From positions 10,232,001 to 10,296,000 of the forward strand of contig NC_045696.1 of assembly GCF_009834535.1 (NCBI RefSeq): a stretch of DNA of 64,000 nt. The letters run 5' to 3'. Source of the stretch: Camelus ferus. Lineage: Eukaryota. Below, piece after piece: positions 24,522 to 35,988 of the stretch (positions within the stretch are counted from its first letter, which is position 1; every line of letters starts with the position of its first letter). A program made the position numbers and the translations under genes. The notes beneath the pieces are model-generated. The model had not been told where the DNA came from, did no database searches, and worked only from the letters and a program-made list of their open reading frames with translations.

Positions 24522-24694
24522 CTTAAAAAGTAAACACAAATAAAACATAAACCTTACACTTTATGCAGAATAATATGTAATTTCTTAAAACCAAAACCAC
24601 GTAAAATCAACTTTCAAAAATAAAACAAGATTAATGATAGGTTACAGATAAGTAACTTAGCTTATGAGCTATTATTTAAACACAATCTAGTTGG

Positions 24695-24850
24695 TCAGTC
24701 AGTCAACAACATTTATTGAGCACCTACTATGTGCAGAGCACTGTACTGGGCACTGTCCAGGGAATACAAAAAAATAAAGTAAAAGACATGGTCCCTGCTC
24801 TCAAGGAGCTTACAATCTAGTTCAAGAGACGGAATACATACACATGGGAT
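24695..24850 (-). mobile_element. L2 3' end
   Basis: CAACATTTATTGAGCACCTACTATGTGCAGAGCACTG...GACATGGTCCCTGCTCTCAAGGAGCTTACAATCTAG. Confidence 0.75.
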
Positions 24851-26203
24851 AATTGAGGAACGCTTTTACAGAGCAACACAATTAACAAGTGCAAACTGAT
24901 ATAATACAAACTGAGTACATAAGTGCCGAAAGAACAAAAGCTTAAAAGAGAAAAGAATCAGGCAGAATTTGATAATTAAGGAATATTCCTGGAAGAGTCT
25001 GAAGCCAGATTTTCATAGTTAAGAACAAATATTAGTGGAGAAAGAAAAAGAAAGTCACCTTAGTCAGGTGGCAGTAAAGAGGTTAAAAGAAACTTATTAG
25101 AAGGGACAAGAGGGCTGAAGATGAGGCTAAAACATATAGGGAAACACTAAGTTTTCACAAGGTTTTGAATAAGGAGCTTGGATTTGATAAGCAAGCAATA
25201 GAAGCCTTCACTAGGTCCTTAAACTTAAAAAAAAAAAAGTTGTAATTCATATTGAAACACATCTAGTTGAGGAAACAGATTAAGAACTGTATAATCCCCA
25301 AATCTATGGCAAAATAAATTGTGAAACATTTGCAACTGGGTTAGATAGTAGCATGTCTCGCCATAAATGTTTTGTAGGTTGAGTCTCTAAAGGAACAGAA
25401 CTCAAGAATGGAAAATAAGGCATGGTGGAGAGGGTACAACTGATGAGGTCTGACATATAAAGCAAAGTCAATTCCTTCCTGAGAAGCAAAGGAACAGACT
25501 CAATTACCTGGCTTTATAAAAGGGTCAGAGTTCAATTTGGGTGGACTTGTCTCTCTATACAAGCAGTAGAACTTGTCACATCCCTTATCAATTGAAAATA
25601 TTATAGTAAGATAAAAAGCCCATTTAGCCAAAAACAGAGTATACCAAGCTTGTAACCAAGGGGAACAGAATATATTGACAGTGGCAGGCTGGCATAAGGC
25701 TAGCCAATAACAAGTTTCAATATCTGAAACAGTGTGGTATTTCTGGATCCTAGCAGCAATATTTCAGCGTCCTCCAAAAAAAAAAATTAATAAAACAAAA
25801 GCCAAAAGACAAAAAAAAGCCTCAATTGAAAAGATCAAATTCTTAAAAACAAAAATAAGTGTGTTTAAAATATATATGTTACTGCCAAAACCCGAACCGC
25901 AGGAAGAACTGATAATGGCCAGCCATTATCACCAATGGCTGGTACCAAACAGCCAAAACCCGAAATGTTGATGCGAAAGAAGTTCCTTTCAGGCAATGGC
26001 CAGCTATTCTCATTAATTTCCAAGCTCCGGTGGCAAAACATCATTTCTGAAGATTGTCTGTGTCTTTGCGTATATGCAGTACACTCGTGGCGATCAGTGA
26101 ACTCGTCGTGAATGGGAACGAAACTGTAGGCGAGCTTCTGCGTGTTGCTCACTCAACCTCCTCCATTCAAACGAACCGTCCCACTCCTCAGTCAGTTTGG
26201 CTT

Positions 26204-26209
26204 CTAAAA
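26204..26209 (-). CDS. SON: SON alternative exon 5a coding part (Phe-stop; SON-E-like truncated isoform)
   Basis: Strong acceptor TTACTTCCCATTACTTTTGCTTTCCAG followed by TTT TAG, in frame after exon 4 (...IEELTE-F-stop). Confidence 0.65.
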   Translation of the reverse strand, partial: F

Positions 26210-26438
26210 CTGGAAAGCAAAAGTAATGGGAAGTAACTTTTAGCTAGCGGAGCTTAGCCATCCCGGATAATGGCCTGCTAAACAGAGCTTCTGCTGCTGC
26301 CACGTCTGTATTTCGGGTTTTGGCCACTCGGTGCCAGCCATTATCAGTTCAGCCCACAATTCGGGTTTTGGCACGCTCCAGAGTCAACATCACTGGAATA
26401 ATCCATTAAAGAATGAAAACAAATTCTGTCTAGCTTAC

Positions 26439-26599
26439 CTCAGTTAGTTCTTCTATAGTAGCTCCTCCTGACTTTTTAGCAACTTTCTCTTCTATGGTAG
26501 GTGGAGGTGCAGGTTTTAGGTTTGGCGGTAAAGGAACACCAGCCTTAGCACACATGGCAGCTGCATTAGCTTTGGCTATTTCAAGTAACTGAGCCTTAT
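26439..26599 (-). CDS. SON: SON exon 4
   Basis: 161 nt, KAQLLEIAKANAAAMCAKAGVPLPPNLKPAPPPTIEEKVAKKSGGATIEELTE; TTTTGCAG/GTAAG. Confidence 0.93.
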
Positions 26600-26767
26600 C
26601 TGCAAAAGGAAAATATAAGAAGCAATTTTCCTAAAAGACTGTACATGTTGTATTATCTAAGTTTTATATGCTAACAGAATTAAAGGCATCAATTTCCTGC
26701 CCTAAGCTGTCATTAATTCACTCTTTGGTTCAAGGTTTTTAAGCAAATGCCCTCTAAAAAACTGGCA

Positions 26768-26910
26768 GGGAGGGTATAGCTCTCGTGTAGAGTGCATGCT
26801 TAGCATGCAGGAGGTCCTGGGTTCAATCCCCAGTACCTCTGTTAAATAAATAAACCTAATCCCCCCCAACAAAGGAATAAAAAAAATTAATAATAAATAA
26901 ATAAATAAAA
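26768..26910 (+). mobile_element. tRNA-derived SINE (Vic-1-like)
   Basis: GGGAGGGTATAGCTC...AGAGTGCATGCTTAGCATGCAGGAGGTCCTGGGTTCAATCCCCAGTACCTC with (TAAA)n tail. Confidence 0.85.
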
Positions 26911-28103
26911 AGAGTTAAGTCCACATTAACCTTTCCATTCAAACACTATACAAAACAGCTAAAACTATACAACTACAGTGATCACCCTGCCACACACTCT
27001 AAGATACACACTTGCCAAAGTTTACTTTATTTTCCAAAACTATCACACCCTTAAATTACTTTCCTTTGAACCTCTGACATTTTAAATCACTCTTTGAGAC
27101 CAAATTCAAAACTGCCACTTCTTCAAAGTAGTAAGTCTTAAATCAGAATTTAACCTTCCTCTCCACTGTGCTCCTACAGTACCTAATCTATACCAGTAAT
27201 TAACAGCAATCATCACATTCTTCTCTTTTTGGCAATTTCACTATTTGGTAAAAGAGACATGTGCATTATCTTTCTCCTCTACTAAGTTTTAATCACTCCA
27301 AGAACTACATACTGTTCCTCTGCTTTTAATTAAAAAAGAACTCAGACACTATCTGTTGAACTGAACACATTCTCCCTTATTTTCTGTTAGGGTCTTTTTC
27401 TTTAGACAACCCTGACCTGGAAATGTCCAATCCACACAGATAATGATACATTACCCATTATTCTTACAGGTAGTCATGCATAATCCATCAAGTTTTAGTC
27501 ATCTCTCCACACTTTTTTAAAACTAGGGGAAATTAGAGCACTTCATTTAAACTAAAGCAGATTATTAAAATTACTTTAATAAATTTTACTTCATTTCCTA
27601 TTATCACATCCACCCAGGTAAATAACTCCCAACATGCAAAATTTCCTACTCACTTCCATTACCCATTACACCAAGCAGAATTATCTTCACAAACACTTAA
27701 CAGTCCTGTATTGCCATTTTAAGACATGTATTTTACAAAAAAGAAACACTTAGTTTTAGGCTTATTTGCAACAATACTATGTTGGAGTACATATAACAAA
27801 AATCTGAGCAGATAACTAGCCTTGTCTTTAACTGGACTTCCACTTGCCATTTTTAGTTATGGAACATGGTTCAGGCAAAATGAAACACATATGGAAATAC
27901 CTTGGTTCTAATATACTCCAATGCAGATCTTTTTAACTCTAATTACAAATGTATTCATTCCTACATTTTCTAAACACAAGCTAATCATAAAAATTTAAAG
28001 ATAAAAATGTTTATCTTAAACCAATAAACCCAAGTATTCCATTTGACTAAAAACAACAAAAAACCCAGATTCCCTAATACCATTAAATTTTAAAATGACT
28101 CAC

Positions 28104-31100
28104 TCAAATCCGTCAGACGTTTAGGTGATCTGCCTCTTTCAGAAGACCTGGATCGTTTACGACGGATGGGAGATCTGCTAAACCTTCTTCTCAAAGGTGT
28201 TCGTGATCGCCTTAATCTGACTGGTGATATACTGAAGCTTCGTCTTCTTGCCACAGACCTTGATCTCCTCCGACGGCTAGGCGTACGACTCCGTCGGCTT
28301 GGGGTCCGGCTCCGTCGACTTGGGGTGCGGCTCCTTCGGCTCGGGGTGCGGCTCCGTCTGCTGGGGGTGCGGCTCCTTCGGCTCGGGGTGCGGCTCCGTC
28401 GGCTCGGGGTGCGGCTCCGTCGGCTCGGGGAAATGCTAAAGCTCCTTCTCCCTGCAGATCTAGATCTTCTTCGACGACTAGGAGTGTGACTCCGGCTCCG
28501 ACGACTTGGGGTGCGACTTCGAGCTCTACCTGTTTTCCGGTTATCCCTGGAGCTTGATCTTTTCCTTTTTCTTTCCCTGGACTTGGATCTGTGCTTTGGA
28601 GATCTTTTGCGCTTCTCTTTTGATACAGATCGCCTTCCTCTAGACTTTGATCTTGACCTGCTGCTCCTCCTCCTGCGTCTTGATCGTGACCGTGAACGTG
28701 TCTGAGAGCGATGAGACTTTGACTTAGATGATCTCTTCCTTGCCCTGGAACGAGATTCACTGGTGCGCTTTCGTGATTTGTGTTCAGAAGACTTGGAACG
28801 CTTACTTCGAGATCTTAACGAAGAGTCTCTTTTCTTCTCTTTCTCACCTTTGTCACGGTTCTTATTTTTCTTGCTTTTTTCATGTGTGTCCTTAACTTTC
28901 ACAAAAATTTCATAATCATCTTTCTCCTCTGAAGAAGACTCTGAAGCTCTTTCTGGTATACTAATAACCACCGGACTGGTAGCAGATTTATCCCGTTCAA
29001 CTTCACTCGCAAGTGAAGATCCTTCAATACCAGCTCTAAGACTTGTAAGACGTTCCATGTCCTTAGGAAGTAATGGTCTCACTAAATCTGCTTCATTAAT
29101 ATCATCAATATTGGCAGAAAATCCCGACTCAGGCAACATCTCTTTAGGAGGGAGAGATAATTCTTTATCTTCTCCACTACTTTCTTTAGAACTGAGAGCA
29201 ACTGCTAATGTCTGGTCACTCTCTTGTATAGGGAATGGTCCTTCTGCATCCTTACTAATAAAGTTATTATTAGATGGTAAATCAAGATGAATGTCTTTAG
29301 CAGGCAAAGGTCCCTCTATGTCAGCTTCACTACCACCACTGGGGCTGGTGGAAATTACCATGTCATGTTCAGTATCTTGAGTAGTTAAAGGTACTTCAAT
29401 ATCATATTTACTAACTGAACTGAGAGCAGATGCTGTGGCAAATTCAAAACCCTTACCAGTTCCCATGGCATCAGGTTCAAGAGCAAGGGGACCAGGGGAA
29501 GACAGAGTTCCTCCTACATCAGCTTCACTAACACTAGGGCAGGTATCCAATACTGTGCATTGTTCAGTCTCGTTGGTGGGCACAACTTTCTCTTCACCAA
29601 TTTCACCAACAGCACCAGTGCTGACAGCAGACACTGTATTATGGTCCATCTCTTTAACAATTAAGTGATTATTTATATTAAGATCAATATTTATACCATT
29701 TTCAGTTTCATAGGAGTCATTTTTCAGGTGTCCTTCAGCATGTGGCTCTTCATCCGAATGCATGGGAATCTCCTGCATGCCAGTCTCTGGAGCAAGATTT
29801 TCATCACCAGATAGTAAATTCATTCTTTTTATAACACTAGATTCCAGTGTTATTGGCGTAGACTCTAAAACCATGTCAGTAGGTATTACCTGAGTCTGCT
29901 CTGAGATGGTGACAGCAGGCTCTGAAATTGTCACAGTGGATTCTTGAACAGAAATAGATGGTTCTGAAACAATCATGTTAGGCTGAAGGACTGACACCAC
30001 TGGTTCCAGGACTGGTACAGCAGGCTCCAGGGCAGAAACAACTGGCACAGGAATGGTAACATGCTCTGGCTCAGACAATGCCAAGGGCTCTGGGACAGCC
30101 TCGGCCAGTGGGTCCTGGATAGCCTCCACTGGTGGGTCTTGGACGGCCACAGCCGGTGGCTCTGGGACAGCCACGGCCGGTGGCTCTGGGGCAGCCACGG
30201 CCGGTGGTGCTGGGGCAGCCACAGCTGGTGGCGCTGGGACAGCCACGGCTGGTGGCTCTGGGACAGCTACAGCTGGCGGCTCTGAGACTGCCATGGCTGG
30301 CAGCTCTAGAGTACTCTGGGATGGCTCTGGGATAGGTACTGCTGGTTCCAGCAGAGACATAGATACCTCTGAGGCAACACGTCCTGAAGCTCTCATGCAA
30401 TCGTAAGTTTCTGCCATCTCTGACATAACAGAAGGCTCTGATGTTAACACAGCTGGTTCAGCTGACATTATGGGAATTTCAGACACCACGTAACTCACTG
30501 GTCTCTCTGGAACGATTTCATGCTCCTCTGCTACGGCAGCAGACTCTACCGGTGTGGAAGTAACCGAAGGCTCTGGCTCTAGTGGTGGTTCTGGAACAGT
30601 CACAACAGCCTCTGACGCTAACACTGAAGGCTCAGATGCCGACACTGAATAATTAGCGGGCACTGCCGAAGGCTCTGAAATCTCACTCTGACTCACAGGA
30701 GGTTCAGGCAGCGATACAGACTCTTCAGGAGGTAATGCTGGCACCTCGGTAGGCCAAGTATTTTCAGCTGTTAATGCTGACTGCTCTGTGGATAATGCTG
30801 GACCCTCTGGTGGTTCCTCAGGAGGCAATGGTGGTGTCATTGGTGGCTCTTCAGGTGGCAATGGTGGCATTGTTGGAGGCTCTTCAGGAGGCAAAGGTGG
30901 CACCATATATGCCTCCGTGTATGTATCAGTGTAAGAATCGGTGTAAGAATCAGCTGCCATAGACATCATTGAACGATCAGCAGTGTAAGATGACATCATA
31001 GATCGGTCAGCTGCAGAGTACGATGACATCATAGACCGGTCAGCAGCAGAGTATGACGACATCATAGACCGGTCAGCACCCATGGACATCATAGATCGGT

Positions 31101-34085
31101 CAGCCATTGGGGACATCATGGAGCGCTCGTAAGCTGACATCATAGAGCGTTCATAAGCTGACATCATAGAGCGCTCAGCCATAGGGGACATCATAGAACG
31201 CTCATAAGCTGACATCATAGAGCGCTCATAAGCTGACATCATAGAGCGCTCAGCCATAGGGGACATCATAGACCGCTCATAAGACATCATAGAGCGTTCG
31301 TAAGATGACATCATGGAACGTTCTGCAGCATAGGACATCATCATAGAACGTCTAGATGCTAACATCAGGGGTCTAGGTGCTAACCTATATGGCCTGGGGG
31401 CTATTCTATAAGATCTGGGTGCTATCCTATAGGGTCTAGGTGACATCCTATAGGGATCAGGAGTTAGTCTGTAGGGATCATGGCCTAATCTATAGGGGTC
31501 CTGCCCTAACCTGTAGGCGTCATGACCTAGCCTGTAAGGGTCATGACCTAACCTATAGGGATCCTGAGCTAATCTGTAAGGATCTTGAGCTAACCTGTAG
31601 GGATCAGGAGATTTGGAACCCAACATAGCAGAATCTTGGGTACTAGATGCTAACATCTGGGCATCCATGGTACCAGACGCTAACATCTGAGCGTCCATGG
31701 TGCCGGAAGCTAACATCTGAGAGTCCATAGTGCCAGATGCTAACATCTGGGAATCCATAGAGCTAGTTGCTAACATCTGGGAGTCCATGGTGCTGGTTGC
31801 TAACATCTGGGAGTCCATGGTGCTGGTTGCTAACATCTGGGAGTCCATGGAGCTGGTTGCTAACATCTGGGAGTCCATGGAGCTGGTTGCTAACATCTGG
31901 GAGTCCATGGAGCTGGTTGCTAACATCTGGGAGTCCATGGAGCTGGTTGCTAACATCTGGGAGTCCATGGAGCTGGTTGCTAACATCTGGGAGTCCATGG
32001 AGCTGGTTGCTAACATCTGGGAGTCCATGGAGCTAGTTGCTAACATCTGGGAGTCCATGGTGCTAGAGGCTAACATCTGGGAGTCCATGGTGTTGGATGC
32101 TAGCATCTGGGAGTCCATGGTGTTGGACGCTAGCATTTGGGAGTCCATGGTGTTGGATGCTAACATATGGGTCTCCATGGTGTTAGAAGCTAACATATGG
32201 GATTCTTGGGCCATCAAGGGATCCACTCCCACTGTTACAGAAGTCTCCCCCACTAACGTAGTAGGCAGCTCCTGTGCTACCGTATTATAGGACTCCAGCG
32301 CTGTCGTCGAGGGCACCTCCAGGGACTGCGACACGGTCATCGTTGACAGCTCCGTTGTTGTCACCACAGACTGAACAGAGATCTCCAGCGCCACAGTTGC
32401 CACAGGCTGCCCAGGCAACTCTGGCGCCCCAGGCTGCCCTGGCAACTCCAGCACCCCTGTTGCCAAAGGCTGCCCCAAAAGCTCCAGTGCTCCAGCTGCC
32501 CCAGACTGCCCCGAGAACTCCAGTGCCCCAGTCGCCATGAGCTGCCCAGGCAACTCCAGTGCCCCAGTTGCCACAGGCTGCCCCGACAACTCCAGTGCCC
32601 TAGTTGCCGAAGGCAGCCCTGGCAACTCTGGCACCCCAGTCACCGAAGGCTGCCCTGGCAACTCCAGCGCTGTCGTTGCCACTGGCTGTCCTGGCAACTC
32701 CAGCACCATCGCTGCCTCAGGCTGCCCCAGCAACCCTGCTGCGGTTGTCACCTCAGGCTGCCCAGGATGTTCCACCGTTGTCATCCCCACAGGCTGCTCC
32801 AACTCTGTCGTCGTCACAGGTTGTTCCGTCAACTCCATTGCTACCGTTACCACAGGCTGCCCTGGCAACTCTACTGCTGCTGTCACCGCAGGCAGCCCTG
32901 GCAACTCCTGTGCCATCACAGGTGGCTCTGGTACCTCCTGTGGTGGCTCCAACCCCATGGATGGTGCTGGAAGCCCTGGCAATTCCTGTGACAACTGTGG
33001 CACTGATGTCACAGAGGACCCCGGCAACTCAGGCACTGCTGTCGCAGGGGGTCCTAGCAACTCAGGCACTGGGGTAGAAAGGGGCCCTGGCAACTCTGGC
33101 ACCGGGGTAGCAGAGGGCCCAGGTAACTCCAGCACTGGAGTCACAGGGGGCCCCTGCAACTCCGGCATGGAGGTCGCAGGTGGCCCCGGCAACTCCATCG
33201 CTGAGGCCACCAACGACTCCTGCAGCTCCAACGCTGTGGTCTTGGGCAGCTCCAGCACCTCCTGTGGTCTTGTCATGGATGAATCTGCAATCTCCGATGG
33301 TACTTCTACAGGCTGCTCTGGCAATCTTAGCACTTCAGTTGCCGATGACTCTGGAAAATCCGTTGTTGTTGATGTGCTTGGCTCAGGGTGTACCTCAGCA
33401 GGTGTCTCTGATGATACAAGGGTTTCTGGTGGCTCTAGCACTTTTGCTACTGGAGGCTCTAACATGATCTTTGATGGCTCTGGAGGTGTGCTCTCCAAAG
33501 ATTTCAGCACAGACTTCATCTGATACTCCACTGACATTGTTACAACTGGCTCAGATGACTTCGGCGCTACTGTAGTAGTAGGCACTGGTGCTGCTGCAAG
33601 GGAATCCAGAATTTTTGTCATGGATGGTTCCAGCGTTACTGCCACAGACTGCTCTGACTGCACTGAGACTACTGATGTAGATGCAACTGACAGTTCTGCC
33701 ATTTTTGAGGCTGACTTCAGAGTTTCTAAGGTGTGTGGCTCTGATATTTCCATCGATACTACAGGAGGTTCTAGCACAACTGCAGGAGATTCACTGGTGT
33801 CAGACAGGCCAAACACTCTTACAGGATGCTCCAGTGCTGTCGAAGGTTCAGAATCAAACTTCAAAAAGGAATCCGATTCTAAATCTATGTTCCCATCATG
33901 ATGTGATTTCGACTTTGATTCAGATTCTTCTGACTGTCTTTTGTACTTTTTTTCCTTTTCTTTCTTCTTTTTCTTCTTTTTATTTTTGTGCTTTTTATGC
34001 TTCTTTGACTTTTTGGTAGGAATTTCATCAGTAGGATCTGTTTGTACAGACACGCATCTACTTTTTCTGGAAGCCTCCTTCAAGT
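28104..34085 (-). CDS. SON: SON giant exon 3 (5982 nt: K-rich segment, repeat arrays, RS domain)
   Basis: Inside 2001-aa ORF 28090-34095; TTTCAG acceptor at 34086-34087, GTGAGT donor at 28103; MDSQMLATSS, YRL, SMMSAYER, PPLPPEE and PSRRSRT repeats typical of SON. Confidence 0.97.
28262..28520 (-). repeat. Coding 21-nt tandem repeat (PSRRSRT) in SON RS domain
   Basis: Repeated GGGGTGCGGCTCC units. Confidence 0.9.
31640..32200 (-). repeat. Coding 30-nt tandem repeat (MDSQMLATSS) in SON exon 3
   Basis: About 19 units of TAACATCTGGGAGTCCATGGAGCTGGTTGC, central ones identical. Confidence 0.95.
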
Positions 34086-35821
34086 CTGAAATCAAGGAAA
34101 ATTAACTTTAACTTGTCAAACATTCCCCTAAATAGATTTAGATAAATCATATAAGCCAGAACTTAAATTCCATGTTAAAACACCATAATATATGACACTT
34201 GTTGTTAAATAAAATAAACTATTTTCCATAAACCAGTTAATCTGAAGACTAACAAATTTCTAATACTTCTTTTACAACTAAAGCCTGGGTTAAAAATAAG
34301 TTCTTAATTATAAAAACTTTTAGAATTATATTAAGATATATTCTAAATTCATTTAAAACAATTATTTTCTCCAGCTCTCAAAATGTAGCAAATTACTTTT
34401 AAACTACACTTACAAACGAATATCCTTCATATTATTAACTGCTAGAACTCCTATAAAAAGTACTCATGTTAAATAACTTTTGTGACTATTTTATAACCTT
34501 TATTTATACAGGAAGCAACATGGCACTGGCTCTGAACAGACTGTCTGCTTCTGGATCCTGAGATCAATCCATCACTCACTGGATGAATGGACATAGCCAA
34601 ACTGCTGACACTGTCTTCTAGAGTTAGAGGGCAAAGTGAGTTAAAACTTACAAAGTACACTGAACAATGCCTGGCACAAAGTAAGCCCTCAGCAAATGCT
34701 GGTAATTGCTTTTATATAGCATATAAAGGTCTGAACAACAAATGTAAAAACTCAATATAGAACTTGAATTTTCACCCATGCTACATCCTAATAAAAATGA
34801 CACCTCTTCCCCCCCAATACTAAGATTACTAAGAAATAATTTTTTTAATGTTTCTATTTCAAAGAATGATAATAAAGTCATCTGGGGAAGGAAATTCTTA
34901 CAGCCCTTAACACATAACTTAAAAACATTTCAATCTGTCTATCTGAAAGATTATAATCCACTTTATAACCAGATGAGATTTACTCTAGTGCCAATATAAA
35001 CTTAGATAACCTTAGTGATCTGAGAAAAAGCTAATCAGAAATCCAGGTCATTAAGATTACAGAAAAAGTGTACCAATACAGGACAAAATCTATTCCAAAA
35101 CGAAACTAATCATGGTCTGCTAATTCTTTGTTAGGTACCAAATATCAGCTAGATTCATGGTTGCCAGAACCATGAATCTAAACATGGCTAGAGTCTGTAC
35201 TTTTTAAACCTTACTCTATACCAAAAATAAAAAACATTTAAAAGAAACCCTCATACCACACTCCCCCCTTTCCAAAACTAAAACATTATTTTTGTGGTTA
35301 ATCATAAATCCTTCATTTCTAAGCATCAATTATTTAATCAATTCCAAAAATGCTAAATATCCATCAACAATTTCCTCTCCATTCACTGCACTTTTAGAAG
35401 TAGATGCAGAAACAAGGTCATCTCTAAGCTTAAGCTTTACAATAAAACCTCCCAGTGTTTTAATACTGTTACAGATTTGATCCAGGCTCCTTTACCTTCA
35501 AAAATTGATGTTTACACAATTGTTCAATGAACAATCATTCAATGAAAACCTGCATTCAAAATCCTGGCACTGACGAACTACAAGATTGAATCAAATAAAG
35601 ATACTGATATTCCACCAGCAAAGCAAAAAAGTGCATCAATGTTCATCTTCCACTACAATTGTTATTTTCAAAAGAGAATTTAAAGAAAATCTTCAGTAAA
35701 TCAATTAAACTAAAACTTAAATTTATATAACAAACATCTTTTATACCCTGCAATCAAGAAATACAACTTAACTAATAAAAAATTGTAAAGTTTTCAAGAC
35801 AGCTGATTATCTCCAACTTAC

Positions 35822-35988
35822 CTGGTTTATATCGTAGTTCTGTATCTAAGACCCCAGAAAGTACTTCCTCTATCTTCTGAACTATTTCTTCATTTGGTAG
35901 GCTCCTGGCAGAGGCAGCTGCATCTCCTGCCTGGTTTCCTTCAACAGGTGTATTTGTTTCACCATTGAGCTGGCCTTCACTCCTTCCG
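35822..35988 (-). CDS. SON: SON exon 2
   Basis: 167 nt, GRSEGQLNGETNTPVEGNQAGDAAASARSLPNEEIVQKIEEVLSGVLDTELRYKP; AG/GTAAGT. Confidence 0.92.

Noticed and set aside
25865..26236. ORFs 25865-26152 (-) and 26054-26236 (+) within the structured intron 4 element
   Set aside because: No recognisable protein features; the region is better explained by RNA base-pairing and the exon 5a UTR
31640..32200. Regular 30-nt repeat array superficially like a CRISPR array
   Set aside because: No unique spacers; it is in-frame coding sequence of eukaryotic SON
28166..34019. Many plus-strand and alternate-frame ORFs overlapping SON exon 3 (e.g. 31730-32290, 32537-33523)
   Set aside because: Shadows of stop-free tandem coding repeats and biased codon use; no independent promoter, splice or domain evidence
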